32,000 bases of DNA from Bacillus subtilis subsp. subtilis str. 168 (GCF_000009045.1 NC_000964.3:1860001-1892000); one strand, 5' to 3'; shown: positions 11,089 through 20,967, numbered from the stretch's first letter. Notes: a model not told the origin generated them from the letters alone. A program made the numbers and translations.

Positions 11089-12078
11089 GTGACAAAAATT
11101 TATGACGCAGCAAACTGGTCAAAGCATGAAGACGATTTTACCCAAATGTTCTATAACCAAAACGTGAAACAGTTCTGGCTTCCGGAAGAGATTGCTTTAA
11201 ACGGCGATCTCCTCACATGGAAGTACCTCGGAAAAAATGAGCAGGACACTTATATGAAGGTACTGGCCGGACTTACGCTTCTTGACACAGAGCAGGGGAA
11301 TACGGGGATGCCGATCGTGGCTGAACACGTAGATGGCCACCAGCGGAAAGCGGTGCTGAACTTTATGGCGATGATGGAGAACGCTGTCCATGCGAAGTCG
11401 TACTCTAATATTTTCATGACCCTTGCACCGACTGAAACGATCAATGAAGTATTTGAATGGGTTAAACAAAATAAATATTTGCAGAAAAAAGCGCAAATGA
11501 TTGTCGGGCTTTACAAAGCCATTCAAAAAGATGATGAAATTTCACTGTTCAAAGCCATGGTTGCTTCCGTCTATCTGGAAAGCTTCCTTTTCTACAGCGG
11601 TTTCTATTATCCGTTATATTTCTACGGACAAGGAAAACTGATGCAAAGCGGTGAGATCATTAACCTGATCCTTCGTGACGAAGCGATTCACGGCGTGTAT
11701 GTCGGTCTCCTTGCTCAGGAAATTTATAATAAACAGACAGAAGAGAAAAAAGCAGAGCTTCGTGAATTTGCGATCGACCTCCTGAATCAGTTATATGAAA
11801 ATGAGCTTGAGTATACAGAGGACTTGTACGATCAAGTCGGGCTCTCACATGATGTAAAGAAATTCATCCGCTATAATGCGAATAAAGCGCTGATGAACCT
11901 TGGATTTGATCCATACTTCGAAGAGGAAGACATTAATCCGATCGTTTTAAACGGATTAAACACAAAAACAAAATCGCATGACTTCTTCTCTATGAAGGGG
12001 AATGGCTATAAAAAAGCGACAGTTGAGCCGCTCAAAGATGATGACTTTTATTTTGAAGATGAAAAAGAGCAGATATAA
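11089..12078 (+). CDS. nrdF: ribonucleotide reductase class Ib beta subunit
   Basis: ORF trimmed to the GTG at 11089 ([10 protein letters not shown]..., 329 aa) behind the SD AAAGGAG. Metal-ligand motifs: [10 protein letters not shown] and DEAIHG. Confidence 0.95.
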   Translation: MTKIYDAANWSKHEDDFTQMFYNQNVKQFWLPEEIALNGDLLTWKYLGKNEQDTYMKVLAGLTLLDTEQGNTGMPIVAEHVDGHQRKAVLNFMAMMENAVHAKSYSNIFMTLAPTETINEVFEWVKQNKYLQKKAQMIVGLYKAIQKDDEISLFKAMVASVYLESFLFYSGFYYPLYFYGQGKLMQSGEIINLILRDEAIHGVYVGLLAQEIYNKQTEEKKAELREFAIDLLNQLYENELEYTEDLYDQVGLSHDVKKFIRYNANKALMNLGFDPYFEEEDINPIVLNGLNTKTKSHDFFSMKGNGYKKATVEPLKDDDFYFEDEKEQI

Positions 12079-12091
12079 TATCTGCTCTTTT
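12066..12091 (+). other. perfect 10-bp hairpin spanning the nrdF stop codon
   Basis: AGAGCAGATA (12066-12075) pairs with TATCTGCTCT (12079-12088) across a 3-nt loop, followed by TTTCGG. Confidence 0.6.
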
Positions 12092-12127
12092 CGGCTTGAA
12101 GGTTCAAATGAGGAGGACGCAGTACCC

Positions 12128-12748
12128 ATGGGAAAAATGGACGAAATGATTTTAGTTGCCCCGCGCGATGATGTGTTTAAAAAAGAAAGCTTAACCTTCC
12201 AGGGCGTGTACAGTGAAGATAGCAGAGTAGCAGAAATCATGGCTCAGATTGAAGCGGCCTATCGTGAAATGAGAAGAGGGGACGCAGAAGAAGATCCGCG
12301 TTTCAAGCAGCCGATACCTTATGTCGTCATTAAGCGTGAAGATGAAGTTTTTCTTTACGAGCGGCTGGCTGGCGGCGGTGAATCACGTCTGCACAACAAG
12401 CTTTCTCTCGGTTTTGGCGGCCATATGAACGCCATCGAAGGGGCAGCTTCATTTGCTGAAGTCTTAAAGCTGAACACAGACCGTGAGCTTGAGGAAGAAC
12501 TGCAAATAAATGAAGAAGATAAACAGGCGATTGTCACACTGGGATTGATCAATGATGATGAAAACAGTGTTGGCAAAGTGCATATCGGTATTCTTTCTGC
12601 GCTTCAATTAAAGCCTGGCGCACAAGTGGAAGTGAAGGAGAAAGAACAAATTGCGGGTAAATGGATGAAAGTTTCTGAATTAAAACAGGATGATATCTAC
12701 AACCGTCTGGAAACATGGTCACAGTTTGTTGTTGATATTCTTGAATAA
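12128..12748 (+). CDS. ymaB: Nudix-like hydrolase-fold protein, last gene of the nrd operon
   Basis: ORF trimmed to MGKMDEMILV... (206 aa) behind the SD GAGGAGG. It has the Nudix-box-like segment GHMNAIE-x14-RELEEEL. Confidence 0.85.
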   Translation: MGKMDEMILVAPRDDVFKKESLTFQGVYSEDSRVAEIMAQIEAAYREMRRGDAEEDPRFKQPIPYVVIKREDEVFLYERLAGGGESRLHNKLSLGFGGHMNAIEGAASFAEVLKLNTDRELEEELQINEEDKQAIVTLGLINDDENSVGKVHIGILSALQLKPGAQVEVKEKEQIAGKWMKVSELKQDDIYNRLETWSQFVVDILE

Positions 12749-12788
12749 AAAAACCCGGTTTCTCGCGATGAGGAGCCGGGTTTTTTTA
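12747..12788. terminator. bidirectional terminator between convergent ymaB and cwlC
   Basis: AAAAAAACCCGGTTTCTC pairs with GAGGAGCCGGGTTTTTTT. An A-run and a T-run flank the stem. Confidence 0.85.
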
Positions 12789-12811
12789 TGAGACGCTCGT
12801 CCCCGTCTCGG

Positions 12812-13579
12812 CTATGATTCTAGGATCACAATAGCGTCAAAGCCGGCATTTTTCGCTCTGGCAGCGAGGGTGTCTGCATTGTCTTTGGATGAAAATGCGC
12901 CAATCTGCACTTTGTATAATCCGTCCTTTAAAAGGACAATCGAGTCAAAACCTTTGGCTTCGGCATTACTTGCGAGCGAGTCGGCATTCGCTTTGACTTT
13001 AAATGCGCCGATTTGAACCTTATATAACCCTGAGCTGGAAGTCTTTTTAAGGTTAAAGGCTTGCTCCAGCCCGTTTGCATGTCCTCTCGCTAAGCTTTGA
13101 ATAAAACTGCTCGTTTTCAGCTTATTTGCATCGGAAACGGTATCAATGAAGCCGTTCTCGGTCAAGAGGGCAGGCATTGCCGACTCCCTTAGGACGTGGA
13201 AGTTCGCTGTTTTTTTGCCGCGATCGGCAAAGTCGACAGCTTGTATCACTTCAGAGTGAATTGTCGATTGATAAGTCGTCGTCGGGGCTCCTACATCTGG
13301 ATAAATATAGCTTTCAAAACCTGTGCCTCCCCCGGAATTAACGTGAATGGACAAAAAGAAATCTGCTCCCCAGTTATTTGCGGCATTTGTCCGGTCGTTT
13401 AAGCTGACATATTGGTCGCTTGTCCGGCTCAGCAGCAGAGAAACGCCTTCATATTCATTAGTTAATATCGTACGTAAGGCTAAAGCGATTTGCAGGGTTA
13501 ACGTTTTCTCCTGAAGGCCATTACCTGTTGCGCCTGGATCAGACCCGCCATGGCCAGGATCAATAAAAATTTTAACCAT
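12812..13579 (-). CDS. cwlC: sporulation-specific N-acetylmuramoyl-L-alanine amidase with C-terminal duplicated SPOR-type repeat
   Basis: 255-aa ORF with the Amidase_3 motifs IFIDPGHGGSDPGA and SIHVNSGGG. GLYKVQIGAF occurs twice in the C-terminus. Confidence 0.93.
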   Translation of the reverse strand: MVKIFIDPGHGGSDPGATGNGLQEKTLTLQIALALRTILTNEYEGVSLLLSRTSDQYVSLNDRTNAANNWGADFFLSIHVNSGGGTGFESYIYPDVGAPTTTYQSTIHSEVIQAVDFADRGKKTANFHVLRESAMPALLTENGFIDTVSDANKLKTSSFIQSLARGHANGLEQAFNLKKTSSSGLYKVQIGAFKVKANADSLASNAEAKGFDSIVLLKDGLYKVQIGAFSSKDNADTLAARAKNAGFDAIVILES

Positions 13580-13680
13580 TTTTCATCACCTCATTACAGG
13601 ATATGAAAAAACACGGCTTCTGCTTGTACGATTATCATTCAACTGAAAAATGAGGAAATAACCCTTTCACATCCAGAAAT

Positions 13681-13699
13681 TATTTCTCGGGAAAGCGCA
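13681..13699 (+). repeat. copy 1 of a 19-nt direct repeat, TATTTCTCGGGAAAGCGCA
   Basis: Identical to 14078..14096, and also preceded by AGAAAT. Confidence 0.9.
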
Positions 13700-14077
13700 C
13701 AATTCAACATGAAGCGACAACAGATACGGTCCGACATGAAATCTGTGCATACGCCATATGTTTGTATGTACTATGGGTTCGGTTAACCTGCACTGATTCC
13801 TGCTGGTTTTAAGCTTTGCGTTCATATTAAATCAAGCATTTAAAACGTAAATTGATGAGGAAAGCTCCTTTCATTAAAGACACCGCTTTATAAATCGAAA
13901 AAAAGAAAAACACTTCAGGTATCTTAGGGCGGGTAATACGTTTCGTACAAAAATCAGCCCGTTGTATGAAAAAGAAATAATGAGAAAGAAGCTCACTATA
14001 ATACTCTGACAAAATGATTAAAAACAAAATCTCATGGTTTGTCCACCCCATGTCCGTGAATACAATAAGAAATAAAG

Positions 14078-14096
14078 TATTTCTCGGGAAAGCGCA
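14078..14096 (+). repeat. copy 2 of a 19-nt direct repeat, TATTTCTCGGGAAAGCGCA
   Basis: Identical to 13681..13699. TCGGGAA here can also pair with TTCCCGA at 14110-14116. Confidence 0.9.
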
Positions 14097-14202
14097 GGAT
14101 TCCTTATTGTTCCCGAAAAAAGCAATTGTTTCGACACATGATAGGCGTTTGTCACAATCGGCATCCGCTTGAATATCATATAGAGAGAACAGAGAGGTGA
14201 AG

Positions 14203-15171
14203 ATGTTGGAGCGCGCTGTGACTTATAAAAACAACGGACAGATCAACATTATTCTGAACGGGCAAAAGCAGGTGCTGACGAATGCTGAGGCAGAGGCGGA
14301 ATATCAGGCTGCATTGCAAAAAAACGAAGCAAAGCACGGCATTTTGAAGGAAATCGAAAAAGAGATGAGCGCATTAGTTGGGATGGAGGAAATGAAACGC
14401 AACATCAAGGAAATATACGCCTGGATTTTTGTGAACCAAAAACGCGCGGAGCAAGGCTTGAAGGTTGGAAAGCAAGCGCTGCACATGATGTTTAAAGGAA
14501 ATCCGGGAACGGGAAAAACGACGGTTGCACGGCTCATCGGCAAGCTGTTCTTTGAAATGAATGTCCTGTCAAAAGGCCACTTAATAGAAGCGGAGCGGGC
14601 TGACCTGGTCGGGGAGTATATCGGACACACCGCCCAAAAGACGAGAGATTTAATCAAAAAGTCATTAGGTGGCATTTTGTTTATAGACGAAGCCTACTCG
14701 CTGGCAAGAGGCGGCGAAAAGGACTTTGGGAAAGAAGCGATCGACACACTTGTAAAGCATATGGAAGACAAACAGCATGAGTTTATTTTGATACTCGCCG
14801 GATATTCACGGGAAATGGATCATTTTCTCTCGTTAAATCCCGGACTCCAATCAAGATTTCCCATCTCCATTGATTTTCCGGATTACTCTGTGACCCAGCT
14901 CATGGAGATTGCGAAACGAATGATCGATGAAAGGGAATACCAGCTCAGTCAAGAAGCGGAATGGAAATTGAAAGATTACTTAATGACAGTGAAAAGCACG
15001 ACAAGTCCCATTAAATTCAGCAATGGACGTTTTGTCAGAAATGTGATCGAAAAATCGATCAGAGCACAAGCCATGAGGCTTTTAATGGGAGACCAATACT
15101 TAAAAAGCGACTTGATGACCATCAAAAGCCAAGATCTTTCCATTAAAGAAGAAGCATCTGGATCTGCATAG
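14203..15171 (+). CDS. spoVK: sporulation AAA+ ATPase SpoVK
   Basis: ORF trimmed to MLERAVTYKNNG... (322 aa). It has Walker A GNPGTGKT and Walker B ILFIDEAY. Confidence 0.93.
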   Translation: MLERAVTYKNNGQINIILNGQKQVLTNAEAEAEYQAALQKNEAKHGILKEIEKEMSALVGMEEMKRNIKEIYAWIFVNQKRAEQGLKVGKQALHMMFKGNPGTGKTTVARLIGKLFFEMNVLSKGHLIEAERADLVGEYIGHTAQKTRDLIKKSLGGILFIDEAYSLARGGEKDFGKEAIDTLVKHMEDKQHEFILILAGYSREMDHFLSLNPGLQSRFPISIDFPDYSVTQLMEIAKRMIDEREYQLSQEAEWKLKDYLMTVKSTTSPIKFSNGRFVRNVIEKSIRAQAMRLLMGDQYLKSDLMTIKSQDLSIKEEASGSA

Positions 15172-15201
15172 ACCTCTCAGTTTTTGAGAGGTCTGTTTTT
15201 T
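15170..15201 (+). terminator. intrinsic terminator after spoVK
   Basis: AGACCTCTCA pairs with TGAGAGGTCT, followed by GTTTTTT. The hairpin overlaps the spoVK stop codon. Confidence 0.85.
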
Positions 15202-15303
15202 GCTCGTATTTCCGCTTTTCAAAGCAATCGATTTGTGGTATACACATGCAGGGTTTGGTATGATAATACTACTGCCCAATATGCAAAAGAAAGGAACATC
15301 CAT

Positions 15304-16566
15304 TTGAACGAACAAGAAACGATTCAGGAGAAAGCCATTTTAGTCGGATGTCAGCTGCCGCATATCACGGATGAGCATTTTGAAAATTCTATGGAAGAGC
15401 TAGCATCTCTGACGAAAACAGCAGACGGAAAAGTACTGACCAGCGTCACACAAAAACGGAACAGGGCTGACGCCGCTACATATATAGGAAAAGGGAAGGT
15501 AGAAGAGCTGAAGGCACTCGTGGAAGAGCTTGAAGCTGATCTCCTCATCTTTAATGATGAACTGTCGCCAAGTCAGCTGAAGTCATTGGCAACAGCAATT
15601 GAAGTGAAGATGATTGACCGCACGCAATTGATATTAGATATTTTTGCAAAGCGGGCGAGAACGAGAGAAGGCAAACTTCAAATTGAGCTGGCTCAGCTGC
15701 AATATGCACTGCCGCGTCTGACGGGACAAGGGATCAACCTTTCCCGGCAAGGCGGAGGAATTGGGGCAAGAGGTCCCGGGGAAACGAAACTGGAAACCGA
15801 CCGCCGCCATATCAGAAATCGCATTCATGAAATCAACACACAGCTTTCCACTGTCATTCGCCATAGAAGCCGATACCGTGAAAGAAGAAAGAAAAACGGT
15901 GTGCTTCAAATTGCGCTTGTCGGCTATACAAACGCAGGGAAATCAACATGGTTCAACCGCCTGACGAGTGCTGACAGCTATGAAGAAGACCTCCTGTTTG
16001 CCACGCTGGACCCGATGACCAGAAAAATGGTCCTGCCAAGCGGCTACAGTGTTCTTCTTTCAGATACAGTAGGATTTATTCAGGATCTTCCGACGACATT
16101 GATTGCTGCATTCCGCTCAACGCTTGAGGAAGTAAAAGAAGCGGATTTAATTCTGCATTTAATTGATTCTTCAAATGAGGATTATGCGGGACATGAAAAA
16201 ACAGTGCTTCGGCTGCTTGAGGAGCTTGAAGCAGATGATATCCCGATGCTGACGGCTTACAATAAACGTGATCAAAAACTGCCTGATTTTATACCGACCG
16301 CCGGAAGGGATCACATTATGGTCAGTGCGAAATTTGAGGACGACGCTGCAGCCTTTAAAGAAGCGATTCAGCGCTATTTGCGCCAAGAACTGTTAACGTC
16401 TTTTGAAGCACATGTGCCGGCAAGTGAAGGGAAGCTCCTTTCCAGAATCAAATCGGAAACGATGGTAGACCGCTTCTATTTTAATGAAGAAAATGAACAG
16501 TATGACATATCCGGCTATGTCCAAGAAGAGCAAAGTATCATCGGTGAATTAAAGAAGTATATGTAG
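15304..16566 (+). CDS. hflX: ribosome-associated GTPase HflX
   Basis: ORF 15184..16566 trimmed to the TTG at 15304 ([10 protein letters not shown]..., 420 aa). The upstream part of the ORF runs through the spoVK terminator. G motifs: [14 protein letters not shown] and NKRD. Older name ynbA. Confidence 0.88.
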
Positions 16567-16583
16567 GAAGGAAATATAAAGAC

Positions 16584-17849
16584 ATGTTTGACACATTAAC
16601 ACACGGAGAATTATTGAAGAAAACGGCAATGGAAGTGGAAGCGGACATTGCCGGCATTCATAAACAAATAGAAGAAATCAGCGAGCGAAATGAGTGGAGA
16701 GTGCTTCAAAGCTATAGAAAACACAAAGTAAGCGACACTCATTTCACGCCGTCTACTGGATACGGCTATGATGATATCGGAAGAGACACGCTTGAAAGCA
16801 TATATGCGGATGTGTTTGGCGGAGAAGCGGGGCTTGTAAGGCCGCAAATCATTTCAGGCACACATGCCATCTCAATTGCTTTGTTCGGTGTCCTCAGACC
16901 GGGGGACGAGCTCCTTTATATCACGGGCAAGCCGTATGATACGCTAGAGGAAATTGTGGGCGTCAGGGGTGGAGAAAACGCTGGTTCGTTAAAGGATTTT
17001 CAAATCGGCTATAATGCGGTTGATCTGACGAAAGACGGAAAGATAGACTATGATGCAGTCGCCGCTGCGATCAATCCGAAGACAAAAGTAATCGGCATTC
17101 AGCGCTCAAAAGGATATGCGAATCGCCCTTCTTTCTTAATTAGTGAAATAAAAGAAATGATCCGTTTTGTAAAAGAAATCAATGAAAATCTGATCGTCTT
17201 TGTGGACAACTGTTACGGAGAATTTGTGGAAGAGCTTGAGCCTTGCCATGTCGGAGCCGACCTGATGGCGGGATCTCTCATTAAAAATCCCGGCGGCGGC
17301 CTTGCGAAAACAGGCGGCTACCTCGTCGGAAAAGCGAAATGGATTGAAGCTTGCTCATACCGTATGACGTCACCCGGCATCGGCAGAGAAGCGGGGGCAT
17401 CTCTTTACTCGCTCCAAGAAATGTACCAAGGCTTCTTTTTGGCGCCTCACGTTGTGTCTCAAAGTTTAAAGGGAGCGGTGTTTACAGCGAGATTCCTTGA
17501 AAAACTCGGCTTCACTTCAAACCCGAAATGGGATGCGAAAAGAACGGATTTAATACAATCCGTTGAGTTTTCTGACAGAGAAAAGATGATTGCTTTTTGC
17601 CAGGCTATTCAATTTGCATCGCCAATCAATGCTCATGTGACGCCTTATCCAGCCTACATGCCTGGATACGAGGATGATGTCATTATGGCAGCAGGGACGT
17701 TTATTCAAGGAGCAAGCATCGAATTATCAGCTGATGGCCCTATCCGCCCGCCGTATGTAGCGTATGTTCAGGGAGGATTAACCTATTCGCATGTGAAGAA
17801 TGCCATATGCAGTGCAGTGGATTCATTGATGCAAAAGCAATTAATTTAA
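16584..17849 (+). CDS. ynbB: PLP-dependent Cys/Met-metabolism-type enzyme ('aluminium resistance protein' family)
   Basis: 421-aa ORF located between hflX and glnR as recalled. I did not localise a motif. Confidence 0.8.
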   Translation: MFDTLTHGELLKKTAMEVEADIAGIHKQIEEISERNEWRVLQSYRKHKVSDTHFTPSTGYGYDDIGRDTLESIYADVFGGEAGLVRPQIISGTHAISIALFGVLRPGDELLYITGKPYDTLEEIVGVRGGENAGSLKDFQIGYNAVDLTKDGKIDYDAVAAAINPKTKVIGIQRSKGYANRPSFLISEIKEMIRFVKEINENLIVFVDNCYGEFVEELEPCHVGADLMAGSLIKNPGGGLAKTGGYLVGKAKWIEACSYRMTSPGIGREAGASLYSLQEMYQGFFLAPHVVSQSLKGAVFTARFLEKLGFTSNPKWDAKRTDLIQSVEFSDREKMIAFCQAIQFASPINAHVTPYPAYMPGYEDDVIMAAGTFIQGASIELSADGPIRPPYVAYVQGGLTYSHVKNAICSAVDSLMQKQLI

Positions 17850-17876
17850 ATTTTTTAAAAATTTCTCTGGATTTGA

Positions 17877-17927
17877 TGTTAAGAATCCTTACATCGTATT
17901 GACACATAATATAACATCACCTATAAT
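17877..17927 (+). promoter_or_regulatory. glnRA promoter with two GlnR/TnrA operators
   Basis: Operator 1 is TGTTAAGAATCCTTACA (17877-17893) and operator 2 is TGACACATAATATAACA (17900-17916); both fit TGTNAN7TNACA. The -35 is TTGACA (17899-17904), followed by a 17-nt spacer and the -10 TATAAT (17922-17927). Confidence 0.85.
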
Positions 17928-17958
17928 GAAACTAAGTTAAGAAAAGGAGGAAATTGAG

Positions 17959-18366
17959 ATGAGTGATAATATTCGCCGCTCAATGCCTTTATTTCCAATA
18001 GGAATTGTCATGCAGTTAACTGAGTTATCAGCAAGACAAATTCGATATTATGAGGAAAATGGACTGATATTTCCAGCCAGAAGTGAAGGAAATAGACGAT
18101 TATTTTCATTTCATGATGTAGATAAACTGTTAGAAATCAAGCACCTGATAGAACAAGGTGTAAACATGGCAGGAATTAAACAGATTCTGGCGAAAGCCGA
18201 AGCCGAGCCAGAACAAAAACAAAACGAGAAGACGAAAAAACCAATGAAACATGATCTGTCCGATGACGAACTGAGACAGCTCCTGAAAAACGAGCTCATG
18301 CAAGCCGGCCGTTTTCAAAGAGGGAATACATTCCGTCAAGGCGACATGTCCCGCTTCTTTCATTAA
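17959..18366 (+). CDS. glnR: MerR-family nitrogen regulator GlnR
   Basis: 135-aa ORF behind the SD AAAAGGAGG, with the [23 protein letters not shown]. Confidence 0.95.
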
Positions 18367-18424
18367 TCCGTTAGCAACTGTTTTGCTATATACATTTACC
18401 TTTTAAGAGGAGGAATTTTACCAA

Positions 18425-19759
18425 ATGGCAAAGTACACTAGAGAAGATATCGAAAAATTAGTAAAAGAAGAAAACGTGAAGTATATCCGCCTTCAATTTA
18501 CTGACATTCTTGGAACAATCAAGAATGTTGAGATTCCTGTAAGCCAGCTTGGAAAAGCGCTTGATAATAAAGTCATGTTTGACGGTTCTTCTATTGAGGG
18601 ATTCGTTCGTATCGAAGAGTCAGACATGTACCTGTATCCAGATCTAAATACATTTGTTATCTTCCCATGGACAGCTGAAAAAGGTAAAGTAGCACGTTTC
18701 ATCTGTGATATTTACAATCCGGATGGCACACCTTTTGAAGGTGACCCGCGAAACAACTTAAAACGGATTCTGAAAGAAATGGAAGACCTCGGCTTCAGTG
18801 ATTTTAACCTTGGGCCTGAGCCTGAATTCTTCTTATTCAAATTGGACGAAAAAGGCGAGCCGACGCTTGAACTAAACGACAAAGGCGGATATTTCGACTT
18901 AGCTCCAACTGATTTAGGAGAAAACTGCCGCCGCGATATCGTACTTGAGCTTGAAGAGATGGGCTTTGAAATCGAAGCGTCTCACCACGAAGTAGCACCT
19001 GGTCAGCACGAAATCGACTTTAAATATGCTGGAGCAGTCCGCTCTTGTGATGACATCCAAACATTTAAACTAGTTGTCAAAACAATTGCCCGTAAACACG
19101 GCCTGCATGCGACATTTATGCCAAAACCATTGTTCGGTGTAAACGGTTCAGGTATGCACTGCAATCTATCACTCTTCAAAAATGGTGTTAACGCATTCTT
19201 TGACGAAAACGCAGATCTTCAGTTAAGTGAAACAGCGAAGCACTTCATTGCAGGTATCGTGAAGCACGCAACAAGCTTTACAGCAGTAACAAACCCGACA
19301 GTAAACTCTTACAAACGTCTTGTTCCTGGCTATGAAGCACCTTGTTATGTAGCATGGAGCGCGCAAAACAGAAGCCCGCTTATCCGTATCCCGGCTTCTC
19401 GCGGCATCAGCACACGTGTTGAAGTACGCAGTGTAGACCCAGCTGCAAACCCATACCTTGCACTTAGCGTATTGCTTGCTGCAGGATTAGACGGAATCAA
19501 AAACAAACTGGAAGCGCCGGCTCCAATCGACCGCAACATCTATGTGATGAGCAAAGAAGAGCGCATGGAAAACGGAATCGTTGACCTTCCAGCAACACTT
19601 GCGGAAGCACTAGAAGAATTCAAATCAAACGAAGTCATGGTCAAAGCGCTGGGCGAGCACCTATTCGAACACTTCATCGAAGCAAAAGAAATCGAATGGG
19701 ATATGTTCCGCACGCAAGTACATCCTTGGGAACGCGAACAGTATATGTCTCAGTATTAA
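18425..19759 (+). CDS. glnA: glutamine synthetase type I
   Basis: 444-aa ORF behind the SD AAGAGGAGG. Sequence is that of a canonical type I GS (e.g. [30 protein letters not shown]). Confidence 0.97.
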
Positions 19760-19767
19760 TATCTCAA

Positions 19768-19800
19768 TCCCTTGGCACTAAAAGTGTCAGGGGATTTTTT
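19768..19800 (+). terminator. intrinsic terminator after glnA
   Basis: TCCCTTGGCAC pairs with GTGTCAGGGGA (two G-U pairs), followed by TTTTTT. Confidence 0.8.
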
Positions 19801-20086
19801 ATGTTAATAGGTAATAAATTATGGAGCGGCACTGCTAAAAAGCAGGGTCACTTTTAGTCTATGTCACTAATAATTCTATGTACTAAATTTTTAATTAGGG
19901 AAATAATTCCACGCTTAAGGAAGCAATACGCATAAATAATTCGACAAATTCTGTGATAATTCCATTGTTCAATACTTCTACCAGCAATAATAAGATGAGT
20001 AAGGTAGATGTTTATCATTGACATCATAACCAAATGAATCCATAATTACGTTGAAATCTAAATCAATTTTCAAAAAGGAGATTTCT

Positions 20087-20377
20087 ATGAAAAAATTGAC
20101 TATCTTCTCCGGGGGATTAGGAGCGGTTTTTTCTGTACTGGCTCAACTGTTTGCGGTTATAGATGACTCTTACACTTTGGGGAATTTATGGTTTTTAGGT
20201 GCTTTGGCGGGAATTATAACCATGCTTGCTTCAATCCAGACAAATAATAAACCAGTCTTCAGCATATTATTAATTGCTAGTTCAGTAATAGGTCTACTTG
20301 GAACTGGTCTTGTATACATCATACCAACACTGTTCAATATAATAATAATTTATAAATTTTCAAAAGTAAGCCAATAA
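20087..20377 (+). CDS. ynxB: small polytopic membrane protein (96 aa)
   Basis: ORF trimmed to MKKLTIFSGG... behind the SD AAAAGGAG. It has three hydrophobic segments. Confidence 0.7.
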   Translation: MKKLTIFSGGLGAVFSVLAQLFAVIDDSYTLGNLWFLGALAGIITMLASIQTNNKPVFSILLIASSVIGLLGTGLVYIIPTLFNIIIIYKFSKVSQ

Positions 20378-20622
20378 GCCAATGGGAAAATTAAGGTTCT
20401 TTTTTTATTTAACATCCCTTTGACAAGGTCGGTGATAAATCGCAGAATGTTTATGCTTGCAACTAATCCACCAGCGGGGGCATCGGTGGGCATGATTATC
20501 TAACGCCATGTTTCTAGGATACCGGAATTGAAACATTTGCTGAGGCATTTCGTGAAGCTGATCACCAAATGACCATTTCCATAGAGGCACGTCTAAAGAA
20601 GCTATCATAGGAGGACAATACT

Positions 20623-20967
20623 GTGTGGAAAGCTTTAAGTCAATTACTCAAGAAACAGAAAAATCAAAGTCCAAGCGATGAAGATTATATACAGATTCCA
20701 GAATTAGAAGTAAAAGTTTTGGGGATGCTTCACAGTATCAATATAGACCTGGTTAATGTAATAGCCCAAGCAGAAAAGTCTAAGGAGTTTATAGGACAAA
20801 TCGAAGGCATCTGGCATTCTATAGCAAATCAATTTTATTCACTCGCCCAAGGGTTTGAGAATGAGGATATCAATAAGCTTTCTGCGGATCTTGATCATGC
20901 TGCCGCCACTTGGGAAGCTGTTGCTAATAAAGCAAAAGAGTTTGTAACAAATTCATACCAAGGGTAA
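20623..20967 (+). CDS. ynzF: hypothetical protein, 114 aa, with a predicted all-helical look
   Basis: GTG start 8 nt after TAGGAGGA. I recognise no motif. Confidence 0.6.
   Translation: MWKALSQLLKKQKNQSPSDEDYIQIPELEVKVLGMLHSINIDLVNVIAQAEKSKEFIGQIEGIWHSIANQFYSLAQGFENEDINKLSADLDHAAATWEAVANKAKEFVTNSYQG

Noticed and set aside
13827-14051. ORF 13827..14051 (-), 74 aa, between the two 19-nt repeats
   Set aside because: It has no SD, a Phe/Ile/Leu-rich low-complexity translation typical of AT-rich non-coding DNA, and no motif. The interval is still noted in a finding because of the flanking repeats.
14304-19539. Antisense ORFs inside spoVK, hflX, ynbB, glnR and glnA, and the long N-terminal extension of the hflX ORF (15184..15303)
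   Set aside because: These are shadow ORFs. The hflX extension runs through the spoVK terminator hairpin and has no SD, whereas the TTG at 15304 gives the expected protein.
19880-20045. A 54-codon minus-strand ORF (MINIYLTHLIIAGRSIEQWNYHRICR...) just after the glnA terminator, considered as a possible integrase or recombinase relic marking the island edge
   Set aside because: It has no SD and no recognisable recombinase motif, and it is short enough to arise by chance in AT-rich DNA.
20405-20608. ORF 20405..20608 (-), 67 aa
   Set aside because: It has no SD and an implausible composition rich in His, Trp, Cys and Arg. The plus-strand fragments abutting ynzF explain the region better.
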